Assembly (NCBI GenBank): GCA_964620905.1
Contig: CAZUKA010000001.1
Location: 455,646-519,645, forward strand
Reading direction: 5' to 3'
Source: an uncultured Gammaproteobacteria bacterium
Lineage (GTDB): Bacteria > Patescibacteriota > Patescibacteriia > S139-126
Length of the DNA: 64,000 nt
The first letter of the stretch is position 1. Each line of letters opens with the position of its first letter. The notes under the pieces were generated by a model. That model did not search any database, was not told where the DNA came from, and saw nothing but the letters and a program-made list of their open reading frames with translations. The translations under genes were made by a program, and so were the position numbers. Shown here one piece after another: positions 1 through 10,116 of this stretch.

Positions 1-1285
1 TGCCATTGCCATAAGCATTACTAACATTTACCTGTAAAACATGAGTTCCATTACTAAGGTTTGTATAATTAAAATTATAAGTACCACTGGAACCATGACT
101 AGTTCCACTAATTGGCGAACCGTCTAACAAAATTGTCGCGCTCACTGCCGCACTCACCGTATAGCTCATTGTCACACTATTGGTAGTACCGGTACTACCA
201 TTAGTTGGACTGGTGATGGTGACTGTAGGCGGAGGGGTACTAGCTATATAGTTTACTTGCGCTTGACCGGTGCCGTTGGCGTTGGTTATTCTTACACCTA
301 AAACATGGGTACCATTTGGTAAACTGCTATAAGTATAACTATAATTACCAGCTACCACTGTGCTACTAGCAACATTAAAACCGTTTAATAAAATGGCATA
401 GGTGCCCCCTTGGCTAATAGTAAAATTCATAACCACACTACTACCGCCGGTGGTGTTGTTGTTTGGACTATTGATAGTGACCGTAGGTGGTGGGGGTGGA
501 TTGACTGTATAGTTTACTTGCGCTTGACCGGTGCCGTTGGCATTGGTTATTCTTACACCTAAAACATGTGGTCCAGGGGTTAAACTAGTAAAGTTATATG
601 TATATGTATCAGCATTAGCACCGGTAGTATAAACAACTACCCCATCGCGTAAAATATTGTAAACTCCACTCTGACTAATAGTAAAATTCATAACCACACT
701 ACTACCGCCGGTGGTGTTGTTGTTTGGACTATTGATAGTGACCGTAGGTGGTGGGGGTGGATTGACTGTATAGTTTACTTGCGCTTGACCGGTGCCGTTG
801 GCATTGGTAATATCTACCCCCAAAACATGCGGACCTGATGTTAGACCAGTATAATTGTATGTATAAGTGTCGGCATTATCACCGGTGGTATAAACGACCA
901 CGCCATCACGCAAAACATTATAAACTCCTCCCTGACTAATAGTAAAATTCATAGTCACACTACTACCACCCGAGGAATTATTAGTTGGATTATTTATCGT
1001 AACCGTTGGCGCTGGTGGTGGGGGTGGAGCTGGATAGTTCACTGTTCTTTGTATGGTACCTGTGCCATTGGTATTGACTATCTCAATTAACAATTGATTA
1101 GCACCATAAGACAGCCCGGTAAAAGTATGGGTGTGATTACCGGCATTATTACCGGTCGTACTTATATAACTGCCATTGCGATAAAAATTAATTACCCCAC
1201 CTTGATTGATATTGTATAAAACTGACACAGTACTAGTAACGATAGCGTTAGGAGCGGGACTTAAAATAGTTACTACTGGCTGAGC
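1..1285 (-). repeat. About five tandem ~87-aa (~261 bp) Ig-like repeats inside the giant gene
   Basis: Units begin P-rich PTVTI(N/T)SP at ~1280, ~1020, ~760, ~499 and ~238; 414-548 and 675-808 are near-identical at DNA level. Confidence 0.85.
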
Positions 1286-4200
1286 TAAAATACAGCTATT
1301 GCCACTGATAATATAGCCGGGATTACAACTGGTGACTTGGCAATTTGACCACTGCCAACTACCACTGACAAAATTACAGTCTTGATACTGCCCACTGCCA
1401 TTGGTTATTTGACTAGAACAATCCTGCGTACCAGGATCACACCAACCAAGTTCACAAACACCATTTATCATTACATAGCCAGGATTGCAATAATAATTAC
1501 TGCAATTGGTATAACAAGTAGCCCCACCTAAACCAGCCATGCCTGCTGTTCCATCACAAACTTCAAAACTGGATTGTAAAATACCGTCACCGCAATAACC
1601 ACCACATTCACCTATTATTGGCAAAGCGTCATCAAACCAACGACAAGCCCAAGGTGGAGTAGTTTTACATGAAATATAATCAGGTGTGTGCCAACTGGTA
1701 ATATTATCAGCACAATACATCATTTCCTGACCAGGTTCGCACTCTTCACCTAAAGCCGGCTGAACGATACCATCTCCACAAAAGCCCTCATTGGAATATA
1801 TAGTTCCGTTGCAATATGAACTGTTTGTTTCTAAATAATTTGGGACGGCCATTAAACCATTGATTGCCTCAAAAAGCACACCAACTTTAAAATCATTATT
1901 GTCGCGTCTGTACTGATAAATAGCCGATCCGTTTGGACAAGCATACTGCTGTGTCACTTCATTCCAACAAGTCTCTGGATTAGCTCCGGTCGGACAACCT
2001 GGTATACATTGACCATTAGCACAATCACTATTTTGTAAACAAGTTTGTGGTATTTCATTTTCATCATTACACATACCGGCAAATTTATTGATCGGATCAG
2101 TCGGCAAACTCACTCCCAACTGATTACTCAAAGTTGATTGCCAAGATGGCCATTTGGTTGTTGACATACCAATCACATAGCTACCTGCTGACAGTTGTGG
2201 ATATGAGCCAGTTTGATTTTTATAATTTTCTACCCGGTTGGCAATAAATGAAGCATCGGCTAGACGTTTGAGGTCTCTAGCTATTTTTGGTTTTTCCTCC
2301 GGAGTCAGAGTATAAAAACGAAAATTTTTTATCAACTGATCAAAAATTTGTTTATTGGCATTGGTTGATAAATCATTATAAGACAAAACATAAATATAGG
2401 TCTGAAAGACAAAATCCTGTTTGGGACCCAAAATATAAACCGAGGTGCCATCACGGATGGCTGGAAATCCGTCCACAGTCAAATTTTGTGGTTTGCCTTT
2501 GGGAAAATTTTTCTGTTGATACCAAGCCAAGGGACCCAAATAGTTTGGATTGGCATAAATCCGCAGTCCAATCACATCTTGGGGTACTTGGGCTACTGCC
2601 GAACTACCACCAAATAATGCCAATGTCTTTCGCCACCAATCAATAATCACTCTGCCTAAACGATAATTATCAAGCTTATTAAGTAAAAATGAAGGCTCTT
2701 CTTCTGAAATAGGCGGCGGCAAAGAAGCTGGTAAATAATTGAATAAATATTCGCGCAGTAAATCAGGATCAGTTGTTGTTAGAGAAATTATTGAACTGGT
2801 TGGGGCTGACAATAAGCCATATAAATTTGATTCGTTATTCCCCCGACAATATTTCATCTGAAAACCGTATTGTGCATCCTCCATCGGTGGCTCCAACGGC
2901 CAGGGATAAGTACAAATAAACACTTCAGCTTCAGCTGTACCTTTTATTTTCCGGCCAACTGTATCACCAATAGATTGGTCAGCACTGGTTATCTGGGCAG
3001 TTGCATTGATAGTAGCTATTCCATTTCGTGGTTGGGGGGAAATGTCTTTTGTATCCGGTTGTGGAGTATCATTGATAGTAATCACATTGTCGGTATCAGT
3101 TTTTGCCCACTGCCAAGTCCAATCATAAAACCCAACTAACGGCACGAGTAATCCTCCCCGACTGTCCAAAGCCGAAGCTACATATGACACATTTTCCGAC
3201 AAGGAAGTAAATAGATAATAAACTGGCTGCAAATCAACTTTGTTGACACGACAGATTTGACTACCAGTAGTAAAAATAGAATTGAATTCGGTTGATAAAT
3301 TAACTCCCTGAGAACTTTTTATTTCAGTGGTCAAACTAATTGTAAACTCGGTGTTGGCAGCATAAACTCGGCTGGGAATAAACCTGGCAACTGTACAACC
3401 TTGCGAATTATTGCAACCATAAACACCTTGATTAGCAGTATAAAAAACTAATTGCCCTTGAACTTGTCTATCTGGACCAGACAAATTTGTGATATTAAAT
3501 GATCTTGGAAATTCAATACTATTTATATCCATCCGCTGGTTAAAAGTCACCTGGACCATAGTATTGCGACAAACATCAGTTTGGGTGTTGGGTGGAATAA
3601 CATTTACTACCCCTGGCGGTAATGGTGTACTACCTGGCTCTTGACAGGTACAATTGGCATCAGGATCACAAATCAAACCAAAAGTCCGACAATAATCTTC
3701 GTTTAACTGACAACCAAAAACCAACGGCTCTCTGTCACAATCATCACCCACACCAGTTCCACCGCTAGTGACAGTTACATCAGTAAAGGCAGAGAAAGCA
3801 TCAACTTCTGACATAATTCTGGTATTACCTACGCCAGTGGAAGATACTATCTGACTAGGATCATAACGACCATCATTGTTGGTATCACGATTACTAACAC
3901 GGGCAATTGTCCCACCGTTTTCATCATTCCATTTCCAGTCATACGCCCAGGGATTTACATACTTATTGGTGCCACACTGTTGATCTGACAAAGCCCGACC
4001 AAAAATTGATTTATTTTGTCCAACACCATTGAAGTTCATATTTACTGGACTGCTTTCAATACTAGTGAGTACACAACTATCTGCCGAAGTGGTGAAAGTC
4101 CAACTGTAACTATCATTACTGCCGTTGCTGTCACGATCAAAATTCAAATTTTGAATAGCTATCCCACCAATAGACAAAATATTATTGGTTAGAATAACTC

Positions 4201-6979
4201 GGTAACGTCGATTCCTTTGTAAATCACTACTTGGGTAAATATAAACTTCTCTATCGTCATGGTTATAAAAAATATTTATTATTTGGGCTGTGCCAATTTG
4301 ACAAATATCATCGCCACCGCCACAAAGCCACAATAACACACTATCATTTGATTTCAATGTTTCTTCATTGGCTGGGGATGAAAATTTGGCACCAATTTCC
4401 GAATCCACACATGCCCCATCACAACTAGGCCAGGCAGTAGAGACTCTAAAACCACCTCCACCGCTAGTACCATCATCAACACATATACAATCTTCAAGAT
4501 CACAAATCAATGATTGTGATTGGTCACATTGACTATCATCCGGCACACAACTATTTACATCTAATGAACAAGGATCACCCAAACCACCACCAACTGACTG
4601 ACAAAGACAGGTTGTCTCATTACATTCATAATTAGGTAAACAACTTAAATTGTTGGGATTACAAGAAAGTTCATTAGATGAACAAGGCTGTCCAGCACCA
4701 CAAGACATGTCAAAGGGAACGCCATTGGTAGTAAATCCAGCAGCCGTCACAAAAACATCTCCGTCTACTGTTGCCAATGGTACTTTGGTTTTGATCGTCG
4801 TATTGTTCCATAAACTAAAATCAGAATTCTCAGCGCGACGGTTGGGCGTGAAGGTGACGTTATTTTGTTCAGTAGCATAACTACCAGGATCAGCACCAAA
4901 TCTGATACCATTTAAAGTAATATTTGTGCCCACGCAACCGACGCTGGGATTGATTGACCATAAACAAGGACCCGTATAGATACCCGGTTGATTGACATAA
5001 AAAGAGATATTGTCATTGCTAGTAATACTGCCCAAAACGGGATTATTATAAGTAATAGTTGCTACGAGGGGCGCACTAGTGCCAACTGGTAAATCATCAG
5101 GAATAGTAGTAGTAATATAATTTTTATCATAACCACCCCAAGCGGAATTTTGTCCGTTGATAGTAAGTGAGGTAAGTTCAGCTGGTTGACTGACAGTGCC
5201 GGTAAAACACCTGCCTCGAATAGTTACACATTGTCCAGCCATGCCTTCATTGGGCGTAACTGATGTTATATATGGGGCACACACACAACTAGCTGGATCA
5301 GAAGTACTAAAAGACCAACTATGAGACAAGGTGCCACCACTGGTATTTATCACTAAATCAGTTGTGATAGTGACTGTATAAGTGGTATTGGTATTCCAAG
5401 GACTAGTGGGCGTAAAAACAAAAGATTTAAAATGATTGCTATAAGGTTCTCCTGGATCAGCCACTGACAAAGTACCACCATCACCATTGACCTGATAGGG
5501 TCCCGGTTCCAGTGCTGATGGCCTGATACTAGCACTATAAACTGAACTGTCACTTCCAGTAATTACAAAAGTTACCTGCTGGTCAAACATGGAAGTGCCA
5601 AAATTTACAATTACATCAACATCAGTACACTGGTTAGTACCTTTGGGATACCAATTTCTCACCCCGGGTGCAGCATCATTGGTTTGAAATTCCCAGACTA
5701 ATGGTTCGGTCATTTGATTGCCACACAAATCCTCAACACCCTGTACGGTAATCCGATACCAACGAAAACTATCCAATAAATTTGGATCTTTCAAATTAAA
5801 ACGAAAGCCATTATCACTGGAAAAGTAAACTTCCATTATTTCGTTGGAAATAGTTTCATCAACACTACCTCCCTGTCCGCTGATGCGCTCCACAGTAATC
5901 ACATTTGTCTTCGGTGTTCCATCAGCTTCGGCTACTGAGGTGGCATCAATATCTTCAGAAAAATATACTTCAAAAATTGGCGTCCGCGGCACATTGCGGT
6001 TAGGATAAGTTGGACCCTCAAACACCGGATAAGTATTGGTTATAAAAGGAGCGATCGTATCATTTTCTTCACCAGTTTCAAAATCCCAAGTAAAATGCGC
6101 ACCGGTATCAGTACAACCCACTGCTGGATCACATAAAGTTAAAGTTAATGGTATTCTTGACTGATCACGCAAGGGATTGGCATTTCCTTGTTTTGGCAAC
6201 ATTAAACGATAAGCAGTATTGGATGCAAATAAATTGTCATTGTGTTTAAAAGTCAAAACATTTCCTGCTACCTGCCAATTACCACTAAAAGTTTCAATTC
6301 GTAATTGATTATTGGTAACTGCTTCTTCAACTGATAACTGGTCAATCCGATTGCTAAAATTTGACTGTACTCGCGAACACAAATAGACATTTTGAGCTGG
6401 ATTGTTTCCACTGTGCGTAGTTTGTACTGCTTTAAGACGAAAATCAGCCCCTGGCAATGGACATAAAGTAAAATCATAAACCCACGCCCCAGCTACACAA
6501 CGTGTACAACCACTAATCTGTCCATCAGTACAAGGTCCCCCGCTACCACCAGTGGAGCCACCAATAATCACTCTAAAAATCCATACAGTCAAAGCATACG
6601 CTAAAATAATAATTAAAAGTCCAATCACACCATTGATAAGTATTTTTTTGGCAGTACTTACTTTTTGCTCATTGCCAGCTGCGGTCATCCAAACATAGCC
6701 GCCGTAGATAATTATCAAGGTAGCAATTATTCCTAAAACCCCCAGAGCAATTTTTATAATTCGAGCTATAGTAACTCTAATATCCTGAGTTCCTAAACCA
6801 ATAGACGAACCATATCCCAGACCAAAATCAACTGCGGATTGTGCCCAAACTAACAGGGGAATAAAAAAAATTGTCCCCAAAATAATCCCGGAGACAAAAT
6901 GCAAACGAGCTTTTTTTGCCAGCATCCCAGTCTTGGTTTTTTCTGATTTCTTTTCTCTGGTCGTAAAAGAGAATTTCAT
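1..6979 (-). CDS. Giant secreted/surface protein (>2320 aa, 3' end outside window): N-terminal VirB2/TrbC-like pilin domain, Ig-like (Big_5/IPT-TIG-type) domains, Cys-rich CGDG repeats, internal pseudopilin-like segment, C-terminal tandem Ig-like repeats
   Basis: Manual translation from ATG at 6979: MKFSFTT...PLLVWAQSAVDFGLGYGSSIGLGTQDIRVTIARIIKIALGVLGIIATLIIIYGGYVWMTAAGNEQKVSTAKKILINGVIGLLIIILAYAL. The same frame is still coding at position 1 (NLSNGTHVLQVNVSNAYGNG). It is absent from the ORF track, consistent with no in-frame stop before the edge. Motifs: PFITNTYP..VYFSEDID, PYITSVTPNEG, PCLWSINPSVG, CGDGIVQ..EECEPG, CGDGILQ..EVCDG. Confidence 0.9.
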   Translation of the reverse strand, partial: MKFSFTTREKKSEKTKTGMLAKKARLHFVSGIILGTIFFIPLLVWAQSAVDFGLGYGSSIGLGTQDIRVTIARIIKIALGVLGIIATLIIIYGGYVWMTAAGNEQKVSTAKKILINGVIGLLIIILAYALTVWIFRVIIGGSTGGSGGPCTDGQISGCTRCVAGAWVYDFTLCPLPGADFRLKAVQTTHSGNNPAQNVYLCSRVQSNFSNRIDQLSVEEAVTNNQLRIETFSGNWQVAGNVLTFKHNDNLFASNTAYRLMLPKQGNANPLRDQSRIPLTLTLCDPAVGCTDTGAHFTWDFETGEENDTIAPFITNTYPVFEGPTYPNRNVPRTPIFEVYFSEDIDATSVAEADGTPKTNVITVERISGQGGSVDETISNEIMEVYFSSDNGFRFNLKDPNLLDSFRWYRITVQGVEDLCGNQMTEPLVWEFQTNDAAPGVRNWYPKGTNQCTDVDVIVNFGTSMFDQQVTFVITGSDSSVYSASIRPSALEPGPYQVNGDGGTLSVADPGEPYSNHFKSFVFTPTSPWNTNTTYTVTITTDLVINTSGGTLSHSWSFSTSDPASCVCAPYITSVTPNEGMAGQCVTIRGRCFTGTVSQPAELTSLTINGQNSAWGGYDKNYITTTIPDDLPVGTSAPLVATITYNNPVLGSITSNDNISFYVNQPGIYTGPCLWSINPSVGCVGTNITLNGIRFGADPGSYATEQNNVTFTPNRRAENSDFSLWNNTTIKTKVPLATVDGDVFVTAAGFTTNGVPFDMSCGAGQPCSSNELSCNPNNLSCLPNYECNETTCLCQSVGGGLGDPCSLDVNSCVPDDSQCDQSQSLICDLEDCICVDDGTSGGGGFRVSTAWPSCDGACVDSEIGAKFSSPANEETLKSNDSVLLWLCGGGDDICQIGTAQIINIFYNHDDREVYIYPSSDLQRNRRYRVILTNNILSIGGIAIQNLNFDRDSNGSNDSYSWTFTTSADSCVLTSIESSPVNMNFNGVGQNKSIFGRALSDQQCGTNKYVNPWAYDWKWNDENGGTIARVSNRDTNNDGRYDPSQIVSSTGVGNTRIMSEVDAFSAFTDVTVTSGGTGVGDDCDREPLVFGCQLNEDYCRTFGLICDPDANCTCQEPGSTPLPPGVVNVIPPNTQTDVCRNTMVQVTFNQRMDINSIEFPRSFNITNLSGPDRQVQGQLVFYTANQGVYGCNNSQGCTVARFIPSRVYAANTEFTISLTTEIKSSQGVNLSTEFNSIFTTGSQICRVNKVDLQPVYYLFTSLSENVSYVASALDSRGGLLVPLVGFYDWTWQWAKTDTDNVITINDTPQPDTKDISPQPRNGIATINATAQITSADQSIGDTVGRKIKGTAEAEVFICTYPWPLEPPMEDAQYGFQMKYCRGNNESNLYGLLSAPTSSIISLTTTDPDLLREYLFNYLPASLPPPISEEEPSFLLNKLDNYRLGRVIIDWWRKTLALFGGSSAVAQVPQDVIGLRIYANPNYLGPLAWYQQKNFPKGKPQNLTVDGFPAIRDGTSVYILGPKQDFVFQTYIYVLSYNDLSTNANKQIFDQLIKNFRFYTLTPEEKPKIARDLKRLADASFIANRVENYKNQTGSYPQLSAGSYVIGMSTTKWPSWQSTLSNQLGVSLPTDPINKFAGMCNDENEIPQTCLQNSDCANGQCIPGCPTGANPETCWNEVTQQYACPNGSAIYQYRRDNNDFKVGVLFEAINGLMAVPNYLETNSSYCNGTIYSNEGFCGDGIVQPALGEECEPGQEMMYCADNITSWHTPDYISCKTTPPWACRWFDDALPIIGECGGYCGDGILQSSFEVCDGTAGMAGLGGATCYTNCSNYYCNPGYVMINGVCELGWCDPGTQDCSSQITNGSGQYQDCNFVSGSWQWSNCQVTSCNPGYIISGNSCILAQPVVTILSPAPNAIVTSTVSVLYNINQGGVINFYRNGSYISTTGNNAGNHTHTFTGLSYGANQLLIEIVNTNGTGTIQRTVNYPAPPPPPAPTVTINNPTNNSSGGSSVTMNFTISQGGVYNVLRDGVVVYTTGDNADTYTYNYTGLTSGPHVLGVDITNANGTGQAQVNYTVNPPPPPTVTINSPNNNTTGGSSVVMNFTISQSGVYNILRDGVVVYTTGANADTYTYNFTSLTPGPHVLGVRITNANGTGQAQVNYTVNPPPPPTVTINSPNNNTTGGSSVVMNFTISQGGTYAILLNGFNVASSTVVAGNYSYTYSSLPNGTHVLGVRITNANGTGQAQVNYIASTPPPTVTITSPTNGSTGTTNSVTMSYTVSAAVSATILLDGSPISGTSHGSSGTYNFNYTNLSNGTHVLQVNVSNAYGNG

Positions 6980-6985
6980 GAAAAA

Positions 6986-7435
6986 TTAGGCTAATATTTT
7001 TTTGACCACTTCCGCTACCACTTGGCCATCAGCCTGAGTCCCAACTTTGGCCATAACCTGTTTCATCAAATTGCCAAAATTTAAATCCGTTGCTGCTAGT
7101 GTGGTTTTGACGTTTTGGGCAATGTTGGTAATTTCTTCCACGGTCAACTGGGCAGGCAGATATTTTTCCAATACATCAAGCTCGGCTTGTTCTTTGGCTA
7201 CCAAATCTTCGCGACTTGCTTGTTTATAGCTAATTATCGCTTCTTTTCTTTTTTTGACTTCTCGTTTAATGACCACTACCACCAAATCATCGGTTGGTGT
7301 TTGGGATTGCATTTTTTTCTGAATCAATTCATTGTGCAAAGCTGATTTAAGTAAACGCAAAACCAACGCCTCATCTTTTCTACCCTGTTTTAAGGCGTCT
7401 TTTAGGTCTTGCTCAAGCTGGGTCGCTAGACTCAT
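6986..7435 (-). CDS. yqeY: GatB/YqeY domain protein
   Basis: DLKDALK..LRLLKSAL..EVKKRKEAI..AELDVLEKYLPAQL..ADG pattern; directly downstream of rpsU as is common. Confidence 0.92.
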   Translation of the reverse strand: MSLATQLEQDLKDALKQGRKDEALVLRLLKSALHNELIQKKMQSQTPTDDLVVVVIKREVKKRKEAIISYKQASREDLVAKEQAELDVLEKYLPAQLTVEEITNIAQNVKTTLAATDLNFGNLMKQVMAKVGTQADGQVVAEVVKKILA

Positions 7436-7695
7436 TATTTTTTAATTTTAATTTTTACTCGGCCAAAGCTGTCAGTATAATCGTCGAGTTTACCAATTCT
7501 TTTCAACCAATCTTTTTTCTCATTTATTTTCATCTTGCGCAGTGCTGATTCTTTTTTTTGACTTTTATTTTTTGGTTTGGTGTGCCAGCGTAATTTTTTT
7601 GCTTCCAATAAAACACCAGAATCCCTATTTTTCTTATTGAACCGTCGCAAGAACTGATCAAAAGACTCGTTGTCTTTTCGTTTTACCTCTACCAG
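7435..7695 (-). CDS. rpsU: 30S ribosomal protein bS21, probable CTG start (86 aa)
   Basis: Extending the tracked ORF upstream gives (M)VEVKRKDNESFDQFLRRFNKKNRDSGVLLEAKK, the bS21 N-terminal signature. No in-frame ATG/GTG/TTG lies between this N-terminus and the upstream TAG; CTG at 7693-7695 is 7 nt from an SD. Confidence 0.85.
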   Translation of the reverse strand: MVEVKRKDNESFDQFLRRFNKKNRDSGVLLEAKKLRWHTKPKNKSQKKESALRKMKINEKKDWLKRIGKLDDYTDSFGRVKIKIKK

Positions 7696-7702
7696 ATAAA
7701 TA

Positions 7703-7770
7703 CACCTTCCTTTCTAAAAAAATTTTTTAATTATAAAATAAGTATAACACTTTTTACCCATCAATGTCAA
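7703..7770 (-). promoter_or_regulatory. Sigma70-type promoter plus extended Shine-Dalgarno for rpsU
   Basis: TTGACA (7770-7765), 18 nt, TATACT (7746-7741) preceded by TG; AGAAAGGAAGGTG at 7715-7703. Confidence 0.7.
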
Positions 7771-7775
7771 ATAAA

Positions 7776-9143
7776 TTATGTACTCAACTTATCCTGATCA
7801 GCCTGAATACGCAATTGTTTTTCCAATCGTTTTTTTACTTCTGGTAAAACCTTTTTAATATCAATTACCTCTTGGATGCCATTTTCCATATCCCGCAACA
7901 TAACTGTACCGTCAAGGATTTCTTTTTGTCCTAAGATAAGAGCATATTTTACTTTTAACTTATCGGCTTTTTCCAATTGTGATTTTAAACCTTCTTTGGA
8001 CAGACTTTCAGCTACTTTTATTCCAGCGCTACGTAGTTCTTCAAATAACAATAAACTTTTCCGCTTTGCCTCTTCACCCAACTGCGCTACAAAAATATCA
8101 GGTTGATAAGATATTTGGGGAAGGATATTTTTTTCTTTCAATAAAGATACCACTCTTTCAATGCCAACCGCCACTCCAGCTGCTGGAGTTGGTCGACCAC
8201 CCAATAGTTCTATCAAACCATCATAGCGACCGCCGCCACCTAAAGCTGATTGACGTGAAGCTTCTTCTTCACCTGCCCAAATTTCAAAAACCGTGCGTGA
8301 ATAATAATCCAGTCCCCTAACTAAGGTTGGTTTTAAAATTACTGGTACATCCAGCTCATCCAGATAGTCCATCACCTTCAAAAAATGTTCACGGCTATCA
8401 TTACTTAAATAATCAAATATCTGTGGTGCCTGTTCAATAATCGGTTGTAAATTTGGTTCTTTACTATCCAAAATCCGCAAAGGATTTTTGGTCAATAATT
8501 TTTTGGCCTCATCCGACAATTCACTTCGCTTGGTACGAAAATAATCTACTAAAACTTTTTTATAATTTGTTCGACACTCTTCCGTACCAATGCTATTGAT
8601 GGCCATCGACACATCCAAACCCAACTGTTTCATAATTTTGTAACTAATAAAAATAATTTGGGCATCAATCATCGGATCATCGCTACCTAAAGATTCAAAA
8701 CCAAACTGATGAAATTCGCGCAAACGTCCTGCTTGTGGTCGCTCGTGCCTGAGCATTTTACCCCAATACCAAAATTTTACTGGTTGAGGCCAAGCTATCA
8801 TACCGTGTTCAATATAAGCTCGAGCTACTGGTGCCGTGCCTTCGGGTCGGAGGGTAATATTATCTCCACCTTGATCAACAAAAGAAAACATTTCTTTTTC
8901 TACAATATCGGTCTGTTTACCTACGCCCCTTACAAACAAATTTGTTTTTTCAATGATCGGCGTTTCAATTAAACTAAATCCATAACTATCAGCCACAGCT
9001 CTGACTTGATCAAATATCCATAAAAAATATTCTTGATCATCAGGTAAAACATCTTTAGTACCACGAATCAACTGAAAACTTGACTGACTTTTGACCTTGT
9101 CAACTTTCTCTGGTATAGTTTTTTCTTTATTTATTTTTTTCAT
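7776..9143 (-). CDS. hisS: Histidine--tRNA ligase
   Basis: RGTKD, LRPEGTA, RHERPQAGRLREFHQ, LVRGLDYY, GGGRYDGL motifs; C-terminal anticodon-binding domain. Confidence 0.98.
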   Translation of the reverse strand: MKKINKEKTIPEKVDKVKSQSSFQLIRGTKDVLPDDQEYFLWIFDQVRAVADSYGFSLIETPIIEKTNLFVRGVGKQTDIVEKEMFSFVDQGGDNITLRPEGTAPVARAYIEHGMIAWPQPVKFWYWGKMLRHERPQAGRLREFHQFGFESLGSDDPMIDAQIIFISYKIMKQLGLDVSMAINSIGTEECRTNYKKVLVDYFRTKRSELSDEAKKLLTKNPLRILDSKEPNLQPIIEQAPQIFDYLSNDSREHFLKVMDYLDELDVPVILKPTLVRGLDYYSRTVFEIWAGEEEASRQSALGGGGRYDGLIELLGGRPTPAAGVAVGIERVVSLLKEKNILPQISYQPDIFVAQLGEEAKRKSLLLFEELRSAGIKVAESLSKEGLKSQLEKADKLKVKYALILGQKEILDGTVMLRDMENGIQEVIDIKKVLPEVKKRLEKQLRIQADQDKLST

Positions 9144-9149
9144 AAAATT

Positions 9150-9749
9150 TTAATAAACCGGGGCATTAAAAAATGTTTGCCATCGTTCAAAAGGATAACC
9201 GCGAATAATAGCTCTACCCACAATTAAACTTTTTTGTACGCTGCCAAATTGTCTAGAATCCATACTGCGACTTCGGTTATCACCCAACAAAAAATATTCA
9301 TCATTTCCCAAAGCAATAGTATCTTCCCCCAATGACACAGTTTTGACTTCCGGTGATAGATAACTTAATTCATCCAATAAAAAACCTTCTGGATTGTCAT
9401 CATTGTAAATATAAATAGCGTTATCACGTAATTCCACTGTCTCGCCGGGTAAACCAATTATCCGCTTGATAAAAAATTCTTTTTGATCACGTGGATAGCG
9501 AAAAACAACTATTTCACCTCTGGCTGGCTCACGGAAACGATAAGAAATTTCATCAATCAACAAATATTCGTGGTCATGAAAATTTGGTTCCATACTGGCC
9601 CCTTTGACATAAAAAGGTTGGATTAGATAATAACGTACCGGGATAATAATAGCCACGGAAATAAAAACTATACGTAAAATTTCCAAAACAAACTCTTTGA
9701 AACGTTGTTTATTGGCTGCAACTGTAACCTGATCTTCTTGATTGAACAT
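9150..9749 (-). CDS. lepB: Signal peptidase I (bacterial P-type)
   Basis: GASMEPNF (Ser), FIKRIIGLPGE (Lys), GDNR..SMDSR. Confidence 0.95.
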   Translation of the reverse strand: MFNQEDQVTVAANKQRFKEFVLEILRIVFISVAIIIPVRYYLIQPFYVKGASMEPNFHDHEYLLIDEISYRFREPARGEIVVFRYPRDQKEFFIKRIIGLPGETVELRDNAIYIYNDDNPEGFLLDELSYLSPEVKTVSLGEDTIALGNDEYFLLGDNRSRSMDSRQFGSVQKSLIVGRAIIRGYPFERWQTFFNAPVY

Positions 9750-9837
9750 AAATATTATTATATTTAATTTATTATTTTATTTTTCCCAATTTAATTCAAA
9801 AAATTTTTACCAGTACTAAAAAAGGAAATAAACAAGC

Positions 9838-9914
<77 letters not shown>

Positions 9915-10116
9915 CAAAACTTTTTTGCCAGTTGAAAACTATCAAACGCCAGCAAAGCCAAAAAACTAAAAAAATAAAAGTGTTATTAGTGTAAAATAAA
10001 ATTAAGTCTATTTCAAGTCGCGTGAATCATACTGCAATTTAAACAAAAAAGCAAATATTTATATTGACCTAAGGTTGTTTTGTTGGGTATTATTATTAAA
10101 GACAAATTAAAACGTC

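Noticed and set aside
414-808. Near-identical ~135-bp repeats as a DGR template/variable pair
   Set aside because: Both copies are in-frame coding units, differences are not adenine-specific, and no reverse transcriptase is in the window.
2287-6477. Short tracked ORFs in 2-6.5 kb
   Set aside because: They are shadow ORFs overlapping the continuous giant minus-strand gene; the same applies to the short antisense ORFs over other long genes.
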